Assembly (NCBI GenBank): GCA_028534125.1 | Contig: CM052817.1 | Span: 49,168,001-49,232,000 of the forward strand | Direction of reading: 5' to 3' | DNA length: 64,000 nucleotides | Source of the DNA: Lama glama | Lineage: Eukaryota | Part shown: piece by piece, positions 1 through 11,950 of the stretch | How the letters are laid out: each line of letters starts with the position of its first letter | How positions within the stretch are numbered: the stretch's first letter is position 1 | Program-made: the position numbers and the translations under genes | The notes under the pieces: model-generated | The model's input: the letters and a program-made list of their open reading frames with translations, nothing else | Database searches by the model: none | What the model was told of the DNA's origin: nothing

Positions 1-539
1 AGAAATGAGTAACTTTTCTGAGTACAGTTTGCTCGGTGTGTGAGCTGTTCTTTAGCTTAAACAATTGGTGTAGATTCAGTTTCATTGAGAACACTTTTGC
101 TTATTTCCTGGGTAATTATTCCTTCTATTGTATAAGAGCTAAATTTCTAAATAGATTAAAATGTGTGAAAACTACACTCTCCCACTGTTTTGCCTGAATT
201 TTTCTTGTTGACATATTTTGGGGCCTTAGCTTGAAGCACACTGGGCCTCTGCAAAGAAGCCAAAACACACAAAGAAGCCAAGGAAAGTAAACCAGAAAAA
301 GGCAGAAATACATAAGAAATGGATATAAAGTAAAATCTTTCAATAGCAGCCTACTGGTCAAGGCACAGTATTTGAGTGGTGCGAAAATTCCACCCCAGTA
401 TCTGAGTGCTCCATCATCAGCACAGGTTTCCTTTTTTGGAAGCACAATACACACAGAGAAGTGTACAATCTTAGGTATCCAGATAAATCTTCCCACGCAA
501 ACATATCTGGATAACCAGATCCATATCTCAAGAAACAGA

Positions 540-1000
540 ATAATACTGGCATATGAAAGCGTCCCATCCCCTGTACCCGCTTCCGGTCAAAATTTTCCAC
601 AATGAAAACCACAATTCTGATTTTCAAAACCATAGATTCAATTTGCCTTTTTTGAAATTTATATTAATGGAATTATACAGTTAGACTCTATAGCTTTCTG
701 ACTTTTTTCACTCAACATTATAGTTGGAAGATTTACCCACATTGCATGTTGTTGCATTTTTTCTTTCCATGTTCATCTCTATATAGTATTCCATTGTGAA
801 CATATACCAATACTTATTTGCTCTTGATGGACATTTGAAGAGTTTCCAGTTTGGTTTTTACAAATACTTCTGCTATGAACATTCTTGTTCTCATTTTTTT
901 GTATACATATTTTCAGTGCATTTTCCTTGGGTTCAGCATAAGGATTAAATTGCTAGATAATATGATATGCACATGTTTAAGATACGACCAAAGAATCTTC
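540..1000 (-). mobile_element. Old L1M 3'-end fragment
   Basis: Degenerate antisense L1 3' motifs (ATGGAATTATACAG, TTGATGGACATTTG, TGCTATGAACATTCTTGT). Confidence 0.65.
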
Positions 1001-1252
1001 TAACTTTTGAAAGATATGTGTGTCTTTGTATGTTGGAGTGTGTGTTTACACTATGTATAGATATGCATATAGGTGTACATATATTCTGTTTGTAAATCTT
1101 GTTTTATTATATGTCTTTTAAATATCTTCCCTGATTCTATGACTTGAGCTTTGGTGTCTTTTCATGTTCTTAGTCTTATTACAGGCCGGTTTATCATTTT
1201 TTCCTTTATAGTAAGTATTTATATCTTATATAAGAATTATTTGCTTAATATC

Positions 1253-1358
1253 AGCTGGATTCAGAGGGATGACTATGGGACTTGAGCATCCACAGATCCT
1301 CCTACCCACTATGGGTCTTGGAACAAATCCCCTCCCTGAATACAAAGGAATGACTGTA
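1253..1358. mobile_element. Tigger/MER2-type DNA transposon terminus
   Basis: GGGACTTGAGCATCCACAGAT...GGAACAAATCCC...AAAGGAATGACTG-TA resembles the recalled MER2/Tigger3 terminal inverted repeat with a TA target. Confidence 0.6.
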
Positions 1359-1772
1359 CTGAAAATACCATTCCTTCCTTGCTGGAAGCCAGGTTTGTTA
1401 TAAATCAGTGGCTCATATATATGTGGGTCAGTTTCTGGACTCTATTTTATTTTGTAGGCTTATTTTTTATTCTTCATTTAATTAATATAGCTCAATAATC
1501 TAAAAGAATATCTGGTAATACAATGCCTTCATTTTCATTTTCTTCAAGATTGCCTTGTCAATTATTGGCCCCTGGCATTTCCATATACATTTTAGCTTGT
1601 CAATTTCTATTTTAAAAAACTGCTATGATCAATATTGGGATTACATTCAGTGTATTGATCAATTTGTGGAGAAGTGACAAGTGTAAAACACACATCCTTT
1701 TATCTAGGATTTCTTTGTTATCTTAGTAAGATTTTAAAAAATTTTTCAGTGTAAAAATCTTACACAACTTTT

Positions 1773-2649
1773 TTTTTTCATGTGCCTGTTGGCCATCTGT
1801 ATGTTTTCTTTAGAAAAATGCCTATTCAGCTCCTCTTCTAATTTTTTAATTGAGTTTGTTTTTTTTTATATATTGAGTTGCGTGAGTTCTTTATTTTAGA
1901 TAGTCATAGAGAAAAGCAAACCATCATGCACTGTTGGTAGGAATGTAAATTTGTACAGCCACTGTGGAAAACAGTATGGAGTTTCCTCAAAACACTAAAA
2001 ATACAACTACTGTACAGTCCAGCATTTTTCACTCCTGGGTATTTATCTGAAGAAAATAAAAACACAAAATTGAAAAAGTATGTGCACTTCAGTGTTCATA
2101 GTTGTGTTATGTACAGTAGCCAGGATATGGAAGCAACCTAAGTGTTCATCAACAGATGAATGGATAAAGAAAGTATAGTATGTACACAATTGAATATTAT
2201 TCAGCCATAAAAAAGAATGAAATTTTGCTACTTGTGCCCACATAGATAGACCTGGAGGGTATTATGCTTAGTGAAATAAGTCAGACAAAGGCAAATTCCA
2301 TATGTTTTCACTTACATGTGGAGTCTAAGAAATAAAACAAATAAACAAATATAACGAAACAGATTCAGAGATATAGAGAACAAACTAGTGGTTACCAGAG
2401 GCGAAATGGAAGGGGAGGCAAAATAGGAGGAGGGAATTAAGAGGTACAAACTACTAGGTACAAAATAAATGTTACAGGGATGTAATATACAGAATAGGGA
2501 ATATAGTAAAATTTTATAATAACTTCATATGGGGTATAATCTATAAAATATTGAATTATTATGTTGTACAGCTGAAACTAACATAATATCACTCAACTAT
2601 ACTTCAATTAAAAAATAAAGATAAAAATATGTAAGAAGACTATATTAAG
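1773..2649 (+). mobile_element. 5'-inverted (twin-primed) L1 insertion inside an older L1
   Basis: 1773-1900 is antisense ORF2-end sequence; ~1910-2625 is sense ORF2 end + 3'UTR + A-rich tail. TSD AAAATCTTACAC(A/T)ACTTTT at 1754-1772 and 2650-2668. Confidence 0.8.
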
Positions 2650-3639
2650 AAAATCTTACACTACTTTTGTTAGATTTATTCCTCTATCTTTTATCTATTG
2701 TAATGTCTTTTAAGATAGATATTTTTAAAATTATATGTTATTTTTGTTGCTGATGTATAGAAATGCAATTGAATTTTGGTTTTAACTTTATATGCAGAGA
2801 ACTTACTGAATTCATTAATTAATTTTAATAATTTCTCTGTAGATTCAGTCAAGTTTTTACATATGCTATCATGTCATCTATGAATGATAACAGATTTTAA
2901 TTCTTTCTTTATAAACTTTATATATTTTTCTTACTGTGCAGTTTTGGACATCTAATACATACTGAATAAAAGTAGTCAATTGAGTACTCACATCTGTTTC
3001 TCAGTCTTTCATCCTTTCTTATTTAGGCTTCATTTTCTGTCCTTTTCAAGGAACTCAAAGCCATTTTCAGAGCCATTGTTTGGGGGACTCCAAACTGCTC
3101 TCCTCCCCAGATCAAGTGATTCTTAAGTTGGAAGCTCTCATCATTAATTTTCAGTTTTCAATTTTCCAATATATGTGTTCAAATGTAATTCACTTGAAAA
3201 CTACTTTATCTGTACCCTGCAACTTCTGAAGTGCCATGCTTTATTAACATTTAGTTCAAATACATATGTTAATGTCCATTGAAAAGTTTTACTAGATTTA
3301 TAACTTAATTCCCCTGTAATCAGAGGATATATTCTATCAAGTTTCATTCTTTTGATATTTACTGACATTTTCCTTATACTCAATCAATCAGTCTTTGAAA
3401 GAAGTAAACCTCACTATGGCAAGACTCCAAGAAACCCAATGGGAAACAAAAAATAGAATGTCGAAAATAAATTTCCTTAGTCGTAAGGATAAGTTCCCAA
3501 GACTGGGGGCTATGGCATAAATTGTTTTTAAAAACCTGAAATAGACCTATTAAAAAACCCATATCAAACATCCATAGAATCAAGGGGGAACTACAGGCAA
3601 CTATTTCAAAACTCAAACCTTTGTAGAAGAAATGACAGA

Positions 3640-4290
3640 ATGCAGAGTCTCAAAATTGTTTTATCTTCAATTTTCAGAATCAATTAAAAAATATTAGTCA
3701 TTGAAGATATATGATAAGGTGATCAATGATCTAGAGGAAAATCCGTCCATATAAACAGTCTCACAGATGATTCAGCTCTTAGAATCAACAGCAAGGCCAT
3801 GATTAGGGCACAGCAAATGATGTGCTTAAAGTACAAACTTTCAGGAGTCAATCATTCTCAGGATTGTGCAAGCACAGGATCAGAATTTTCACAAACTTAA
3901 GAATGAGTACCTCCTTAAATATTATGCACTAGGCACTTCACTTGCACCAGTGTAGTCCTAGCCCTAATTATCTGACAAGGGGCTTACAAATAATGATTTT
4001 TTTTAAAGCTAAAGAATTTACAGAGAATGAAGAGTATAGTGGGTGAAAAGATGTGAAATTTTAGGAAAGGTTTCAAACCAAAGAAGAACCAAATAAAAAT
4101 CCTAGATCTGAAAAATTCATAAAATTTTTAAAATATATGCTAAATAGAAATAAGGGTTGATTAGACACTACAGAAGAAAGAAACAGTAAAGTTGCATTCA
4201 AGTCTAAAGATATTGAAATTGATACACAGGCTGATAGAAAGGAATACAGTGAGTCTCAATAATCTGTAGAAAAATATCAGGTAGTATAAT
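3640..4290 (+). mobile_element. Old L1M 5'/ORF1 fragments
   Basis: A-rich ORF1-like text (AACCAAATAAAAATCCTAGATCTGAAAAA, TTAGACACTACAGAAGAAAG). Confidence 0.5.
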
Positions 4291-4380
4291 TTCCGATGCA
4301 GAAGTCTTGCTCTGAGTGGTTAGGTAAGGAAGAAATGAGCTCCTTTCTTGCTCAAGCTATTATATTTACCAGTTCCTTTG

Positions 4381-4978
4381 TGTAAGGTTAATTTTATGTG
4401 TTAATGTGACTAAGCTAAAGGAGGCCCAACTAGCTGGTAAAACATTGTTTCTGGGTATGTCTGTGAGGATGTTTTTGGAAGAGATTAGCATTTAGACTGA
4501 GAGAATGAGTAAAGATCACCTTCACCAGTGCAGTTGGGTGAGGCATCCACCAAAACACTGAACAGAGCAAAAAGGCAGAGGAAGGACAAATTTGCTCTTT
4601 GCTTCAGCTTCTCCTGCCTTCAGACATCAGCGCTCCTGTTTCTCAGGCCTTTGGCCTCAGACTGGGACTTGCACCATTGTCTCTCCTGGTTTTCAAGCCT
4701 TTGGACTGGGACTGAACTGGGCCACCAGCTTGCAGATGGCAGATTGTAGGATTTCTCAGCGTTCAAAATCTCAGGTCAGTTCCTATAATCTCTCTCTCTC
4801 TCTCTCTCTCTCCCTCTCCCTTTCTCTCTCTCCATCTAAATCTCCCGTCTACCTCTTTCTCTCTCCTTGTCTACCATCCATCATCTCTCATTCTCCTTCT
4901 CCATCTTTCTCTCTCCCCGTCTCTTTCTCCATCTACCACACATTGATTCTGTTTCTTTAGAGAACCCTGATGTGTACA
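4381..4978 (+). mobile_element. MLT2-family (ERVL) solo LTR with internal (CT)n expansion
   Basis: Starts TGT..GGTTAATTTTATGTG, contains TTTCTGGGTATGTCTGTGAGG, ends TTCTGTTTCTTTAGAGAACCCTGA; CT microsatellite ~4789-4925. Confidence 0.85.
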
Positions 4979-5364
4979 CTTTGTTGTTACCTTTACCAAT
5001 AGACACATCCAGTACTTAATGTTGGCAGGAGTAGCTCTGTGGAGTGTTTGAGAGCATTTATCTCTGACTGTCCATCACACCACACATTATCAAATGATTC
5101 TGAGAAAACTAAGCTTTTCTAAAACATCTTTTCAGCTTTAAAGAACCATAGATGGCTTATAGTCTGGCAAGTAATGATAAAGTTTAACAATATAATGGGA
5201 GTATACCTTGTTCTAAGTATATCCACCAACTCACAGGTTTATCTATTTTGTTAGTTATAAAATATTTTATTCAGATAGAATGTAAGCAGCCAAGGTTGAA
5301 AATGAAAGTCTACAGAAGTTCAGATGAATCAATCTCCAGCTCTAAATTATTATGGAAATAAATA

Positions 5365-5655
5365 GACAATGCTGTGTTTTAATCCTCAAACTTGCTAAGA
5401 GATGAGATCTTAACTATTCCCACCACCACCAAGAAATATCAGCTATGTGATGTGATGGAGGTGCTAGCAACCACTACAATGGCAAATAGCTCACAACATG
5501 TAAACATATCACCAGGCTCCCCACAAACGTAAGGTGCGTGATGGGTGAGGGGGCGGCCGCCTTTCCGGCCTCGCCACGCAACATGTAAATATATCAAATT
5601 GACATGTACATCTTAAATGTGCAAATGTTATACATCAAATATATTTCAGCTTAAA
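5365..5655 (+). mobile_element. L1M 3'UTR fragment (host of the 28S insert)
   Basis: TTGCTAAGAGA..GATCTTAA, CTATGTGATGTGATGGAGGTGCTA, ATGTTATACATCAAAT motifs. Confidence 0.65.
5512..5578 (-). pseudogene. Tailless 28S rRNA fragment retrocopy with 18-bp TSD
   Basis: Reverse complement CGTGGCGAGGCCGGAAAGGCGGCCGCCCCCTCACCCATCACGCACCTTACGTTTGTGGGGAGCCTGG matches the recalled 3'-proximal part of mammalian 28S rRNA (about 59/67). Flanked by CAACATGTAAA(C/T)ATATCA at 5494-5511 and 5579-5596. Confidence 0.88.
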
Positions 5656-7088
5656 TATATGAAGTCAGATCTACATGTTCACCCGTCTGACAATTTATCT
5701 TTGCTTTAATCTGCCAAGGACGTATGGAAATCATTATTTTTTTACTAATAAGTCAGAGATTATATTGAGAGCATTTGAGGTCTTAAGTTACTTTCTTAAC
5801 TAACACTTCCACAGTGAAAACATGACTTCTAAAGAAAATTTAGACTGCATATTGAAAGGAGGAGAAAACATGATTTTATTTAATAAACAAACCTCTACCT
5901 ACCTCACCTATAGTAAATCCATGACTCTGTTTCCTTTCTATTTCTTTCTCTTATAACAATAGCTCATAATCAGAGTTATAGGAACATTTTAAGACATGTA
6001 GAAATATCAACTTCAAAGAAAATAATTATTCTTCAAAAAGCTAATAAATTTTTAAAGTTGTCACCATCTGTCATATATTTGTCATTTGTCTCCAATAACT
6101 GGGTACAGACTGTATCCAAAGTTTTCTTACTTAATTGTTTTTATTACTTGCAACTTCTCAAATTGATATTTTAGACTAAATTTGTGTGCTTCTTATTGAT
6201 AATGAATACAATGGGCATACAAGAATATCAACGAAAACTAACGATTTGAGGAACGTCATATAGTTCTTATAGTTTATAATGTAGCCTATCTGAGCCCTTT
6301 TGCTAGATGGGTTCAGAAGACCTGTTTGATCCTTTATTTTTACCTTAAAAATAGAGCTCAGCAACCACCCACTTTTCTTCAGCTACTTTTCTTCATAAAT
6401 CCACTTTCCTTTAACTGTGAAGTTAGGAATAAATTATAGTTTACAAAGAGCATCCTTTCAAAGATTTAACAGTTCTAGGAACCAAGACCTATCTTAACGT
6501 AGAACTGCTTCCAATTGTATGATTCCCAGTAGAATAGCACTTCTGCTGTTTTTTAGCGAAGCACTGAAAACATTTTCTCAGGTTGGGCTTTGCCCTCTTT
6601 AGGTCAGACCAAAATCTCACAATAATAAAAATTGACTGCCAGGGGAGCAGAGGATGTGAACAGATGAACAGCGCCCAGCAGTAGTGGCATGCTTCTGAGA
6701 TTCCTTAATAGTGAAGGAAGCTTGGTTGTTTGAATTTCAAATTACTAATTATGCCTTTATTCACTCTGCTCATGAAAAATTTGAGAGAATGACTGGCATA
6801 TTCTGCTTGTTGCCACTCCCTTCTGGGAGTAAGCCTTTACTCCTTCTTAAGGGGTTAATTCTAATTCTGGGGGTTAGTAACTCTCTTTGGCTGAGACCTG
6901 AAGTCATGTTTTCCAGCTTGGCCCCTAACAATAATAATGGTAATATTTTGGCTCTACCTTTACCCATTTGTTTTATTTCTTAATATTGTACAGAAGCTGG
7001 GCCAGGAAAATTTGTGTTAGTGGGTCCCTAAAAGACCTGCTTGAGCTTGGCCTGAGAACGTTGAAAAATAAGTAAAAATTTTTATATA

Positions 7089-9540
7089 AAACATAGACGA
7101 AGAGAATCTGTTGGTGTAGGGAGGGCATTTGGTTCTTCTGTTCCTTAAACTTTAATATAAAGGGAGAGGTTTTTGCCCTTGGTGCTCTATTAAAGATTTC
7201 ATGGAGCCAGTCTTGACAGCTGCAGCCTTGGTGAGAGGCTTTCTATCAACTATATGGTATAGTGGTCTTGGAGATAACTCTAGCTTACCGTATGATTTAA
7301 ACTTAGGTGAGTGCTCCTTTTTTAAAGGGGCCTTGGACAGAGGTGGTATAGTCAATCAGAATGGCTTTGGGAAGAGCCAAGAGAGGATGCAAGGCAAAAG
7401 GCAGCCAAATTAGTGGCATCAGTGAATTCATGGAGGTCTGCAAGATAGAGTTTGCAGATGCTAACAGGACTTCCTGCTTTGTCTTGATAGAGTCAAAGAT
7501 TTAATTACAGGCATGGATACGTGACCGCACCCTAAAGATAGGATCTCTAATGCCCTGCAATAGGACTTGCTTTTCTACACCTGGGGCTGCTGAAGCAAAT
7601 GCTCCCTGTAAGGGAAAGAATCCTTAAGACTCTTTAGTGATTGGTTGGCAGGACAATTTTGGCTGCATCTAAGCTGCAAAGCAGTTGAGTTCCCTATGTG
7701 TTACAGAAATGAGATTTTAGCTGAATCTAGACAGCAGTATAACCATAAACCCAAATTTTACTCTGTGCCCAGGGCCATGGAGGGAGTGGTATAAAGTCTA
7801 ACTTTGGACCTGTCTGATGCTGAACACACACTCAAGGGATACCCATCTCCCATGACATAACCTCAAATCGGCTATTGATTTATTTAACCACAGCTTGCTT
7901 AGATGGATTCCCTCGTGTACTGATCTCTCCAATATAGGAATTTGGAATTTGTCCACAGCTGATTTTAAGTTCACAGGTCATAGTCTGATGGTTAATTTTA
8001 TGTCAGCTTGGCTAAGCTATAGTGCCCAGTTGTTTGGTCAAATAATAGCTTAGATGGTGCAGTGAAAATATTTTGTAAGTGTGATTAGCATTTCTAATCA
8101 GTTAACTTTAAGTAAAGGAGATTATCTTTCTAAGAACAAAAAACTAGGTTTTTCTGAGAAGGAATTCTGCCTCAAGGCTGTAACATAAAAACCTTGCCCA
8201 ATATAGCCTGCCACCAGACAAACTCAGGACTGCAACAACTCTTGCCTGATTTCCAGTCTGCCAGCCTGCCTTTGGATTTTGGACTTGTCAGCCCCCAAAA
8301 TCATAGGAGTAAATTTCTCAAAATAAATCTCTTTACACCCACTCACAGTCACTTATACCCCTCCATATATATGTATGTTTGTATATATGTGTGCATGCAT
8401 ATATATATACACATATACATATATAGTATTTATATTATTAGTTTTGTTTCTCTAGGGAACCCTGAAGATTCACATGGTATCTGGACATGTGAATCCTTAT
8501 AAACTAAATGGCACCCTGGAAAAGTTAAAACTAGGAATAATTATTCCTTTCCTCAAATACCATTGATCTGCTGCTATAATCTTGTCAAATATTAAATATT
8601 GAGTTTTATAAGCTCAAGTTTGCCTGGAATAATTGCTTTAGGGAGTAGTTTCTTTTCTAAATGTACTGTAAGTGGTGATAGGGTTGTAGTATTTTTTGTG
8701 TCTTCCTAACTCTTTGCACCTTTTAGTGTAGTGCACATTAGAAAGTTGCCTAAGATTTTCTGAGACCCTGAAGAACCAAGCTTGTTCTAATGAGGAAAAA
8801 TTTAGGCTGCAACTGCTGAGAGAACTCTTGTCTCCACAAATTGCTAGGAACCCATCTGGCTATGACTGAGTAGAATTTCAAAAGGAGAGAAATACTTTGC
8901 ATTACGGATATTTGTTTCACAAAAGCAGAAAACTATTATTTTGGTATTTGGTTTCTTTGGACTTAAAGTTGAGATGGGATTTACTGTTTAACTTTTGACT
9001 TACCTTAGGAATTTGATAAAGGAAGTAGAAACATAGTCAAATTTGCAACATCTTTAAGCTATTGGCATTTACTTATTATAATTTTTGCATTTTATCCTAA
9101 TTATATTATCTAAATTCACAGCAGAATCTGATAATCTATTTTAATCCTCATGACAGGACATAATTTGGCTGAGAAATAGAATAGGGAGTACATTGTAGAA
9201 TGACCTTTGAGTTGTCTTCATTAATGTGTTGTTTTGAATTATTTCACCAGTTTTTATGGGCAAAACCTAACTACCCACCTGCAGTCCCAGAAGGATAGAC
9301 TGATATTGGAGGAATGGCCTTGCCAAGTTGGTACCAAGACAGTCCTGATTAAACTGTTGATCCCATTCCTTAAGGGCAATGACCTTATCCCGTATTGATC
9401 ACAGTTGAAAAGTCAAACCCAATGAATAAAGAGAAAAAATATTGAAAGAATATTCATGGGAAAGGTTTCTTCCTGACTGTGTTTCCTTTCTGTGAAAGGA
9501 ACCCTGCTAATTAACTCAAGTCTCTTCCCTCTACTTTACA
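7089..9540 (+). mobile_element. Probable ancient class III ERV remnant: decayed env-like frame, polypurine tract and 3' LTR
   Basis: Cys/Trp/N-glycosylation-rich frames (WLAGQFWLHLSCK; FNHSLLRWIPSCTDLSNIGIWNLSTADFKFTGH|GIWTCES) that rejoin after the MLT2 is removed; hydrophobic stretch ~9060-9110; purine run 9171-9188 followed by TGTAG 9194. Confidence 0.4.
7984..8472 (+). mobile_element. MLT2-family solo LTR
   Basis: TGATGGTTAATTTTATGTCAGCTTGGCTAAGCTATAGTGCCCAGTTGTTTGGTCAAA...GTTTCTCTAGGGAACCCTGA; 5-bp TSD CATAG/CATGG (7979-83, 8473-77). Confidence 0.85.
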
Positions 9541-11489
9541 AACTCTAACCCTGGTGAGTTAAGTCTTATAACTTAAGTCCTATATCATATTGGTAAATGT
9601 AGGGGAAATGACTGTAAGGCACTGCACAATATAAATTGGAGAAATGGATATTATTAATATATTTTGTTCATTCTAGAATGTGAGACAATATTTTTTTTTG
9701 GTTTTGTCTTGTTTTGTTAACCTTAGGATAAATAAGTTTTCAAATTTTACATTGATAAGGGTGACAAGTGAGTAAACAGATTACTTCTTTATTGAAAAGG
9801 ATTTTTTTTTTTAAAAAGATGACATTCCCAAATACTCACAAAGAAATTTTTTACAGTAAGTGACCTCCAAGAGATGGTTTATAGGCAGACTGATCTGTAG
9901 GTTGTCTAGATATATCTGTAGTGGCAGGAAGGATTTAAATACAACTCTCCAAGTGTGGATCCACACAGCGTACTCAGGAGGGCAAGATAGTCAAAGCACC
10001 AAGTGTGGTTCACACACAAAGGTCAGCTTCTCACGGGGTGACGTCATTCCGAGTGCTGCCCTGGGAACTGTCATTGAGATTTCCCTCTGTCCCTGTCATT
10101 GAGTTTCACAATACAAGGGCAGGTAAAGCTGAGAAAACTCTTCGTGCTTTCACCCCTCAGCATAATGAACATGGAAACTGGCAAGATTTGATAACTTCAG
10201 GAATCATGGCTTTTAGAAGAATCTAAAAGCTACCACATGGACACTGGTAGCAGAGGAGATATGCCTCCCTGAGCTGGGACTGGAGAGAGGAAATCAGGGA
10301 CCACCACAGGAGCTGGGACATCACCTGAGACATCCCCTGACCATTTCCAGAAACAATTCTGGAGAAATTTTAGGGCAACTGAAGCTTGTGCAGAGTACGT
10401 GAAGTGAAAACAGAAAAATATGGTTTCATACTGTGTGTATGACTCTGCTTTTACCTCTATGTGATTGTGACCTAAAATGGGCATAATCTATACCTAGGTT
10501 TCATTGTGCTATTTTTTTACTTAAATAAAAATGGCTGTCAGATTTGAGTGACATGCAAAAGTGGCAAGCCCTTCTTAGTTCATAGAAAATAGAAAGTTAT
10601 TTTAAACAAATTGGTTTTCCTTTTCCTACGCTGAGGATTTTATGTACAAAATGTATGAAGTTGAGTGTCTACTTGTGTTTGAATCCCTGATGCAATCATT
10701 TACTTTTGAAAATGAGATATTGATTATTGTCTGCAATTAGTGGTAAACCAGAATTGACTTTTGAAGTATCTTGTTAGGCCAGCAGAATTTTCACTGCTGT
10801 TACTGGTGCTGGGCGATTTCTTTGTTTGATCTTTACTTTTTAAAGAATTTGAATATCTTTAGCCAGGATACATAGTCTCCAGTTCAACATAAGACCACCT
10901 ACTGCCTCTTGTTGACTTATGCATTTATTTGACTTAGCTAATCTCCAAAAAGCGTTTTAGTTTTTTGCTTGTCCAAAAAAGCTTCATCTAGATTCATTTC
11001 TAAGATACATGACTTCCATCAAAGCAATATTTTCTGTTTGCACAATTTGGTGCCAGGTTTGGTCTTTTATTTGAAGCTGAAATTAATTATTTTGTTAAAC
11101 CATCCAAAGTCTTCCCTGTTATCATCTAACACACACCCCTTCCCCCACCCCGAAACACAGATATAAACAAATAATATTGCAAAACAGCAAGGTACAAAAG
11201 TAAAATGAGTTTAGTCTTTAGATACAAAAAAAACCCCAAACCCTCAGAGCATCTGGATGCTCCCAGTTACTAGTTAACATGATATGGCAAATTAGTTAGC
11301 ATGTCTAATTTTGTTTCACCATTGCTAAAAAATATTTCATAATGTTCTTTGGTAAATGAAATAAAATGGTAATGATATAACATATGCAAAATCTCACACA
11401 CTGGACATGGAACATCATGTGCAGTACATCAAAAGCATGTAGAAATAGTCATTGCTATTCTAGTAGGATTATCATTGAGACCGTCCATT

Positions 11490-11735
11490 AGAATTGTTAA
11501 GGTAGCAAGTTTTGGAGCTAGAGTGCCTGTGCTCAAATCATGGCCATGCCATTTACTGGTAGGGTGATATTGGTCAGGTCACTGCATCTCTCTGCCTCAG
11601 TTTCCTCTTCTGTAAAAATGAGCATAACTATACTTCTTCCTCATGGAATTATAGTGAGGGTGAAATTAGTAAACTGGTGTCAAGCTCTTAGAACTACGAT
11701 TCATACATAGTAGGGCTCAATAAATGTTAGATATT
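11490..11735 (+). mobile_element. MIR SINE
   Basis: Core CTCTCTGCCTCAGTTTCCTCTTCTGTAAAA and tail GCTCAATAAATGTTAG. Confidence 0.8.
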
Positions 11736-11918
11736 CTTCACATTAGTGAACTCATTTTCAGAGGAAATTTTATTTCAGAGAACAAATCTGTACTGATCTC
11801 TAAACACTAGACTGGCAAAAACACATTTAACTCTGAAAGTAACATGACACCACCTAAAAGCAAACATGAGACAGTATGTCTGAAAACAAGCAAGGCAGGA
11901 TGGGAGACATACACTCAC

Positions 11919-11919
11919 A

Positions 11920-11947
<28 letters not shown>
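11919..11947. repeat. (CA)n microsatellite
   Basis: About 14 CA units visible. Confidence 0.95.

Positions 11948-11950
<3 letters not shown>

Noticed and set aside
5693..5745. IYLCFN/AKDV resembling the sulfotransferase IYLCRNAKDV motif (SULT1 genes neighbour UGT2A1 in human)
   Set aside because: Needs a frameshift, similarity ends within ~30 nt, there is no acceptor, and no other SULT exons were found.
7900..8560. Minus-strand LRKGIIIPS / VDKFQIPILE resembling a Gypsy-type reverse transcriptase
   Set aside because: After excising the MLT2 by its TSD the expected DYR.LN motif is not restored, and no YxDD follows; the + strand env-like reading fits better.
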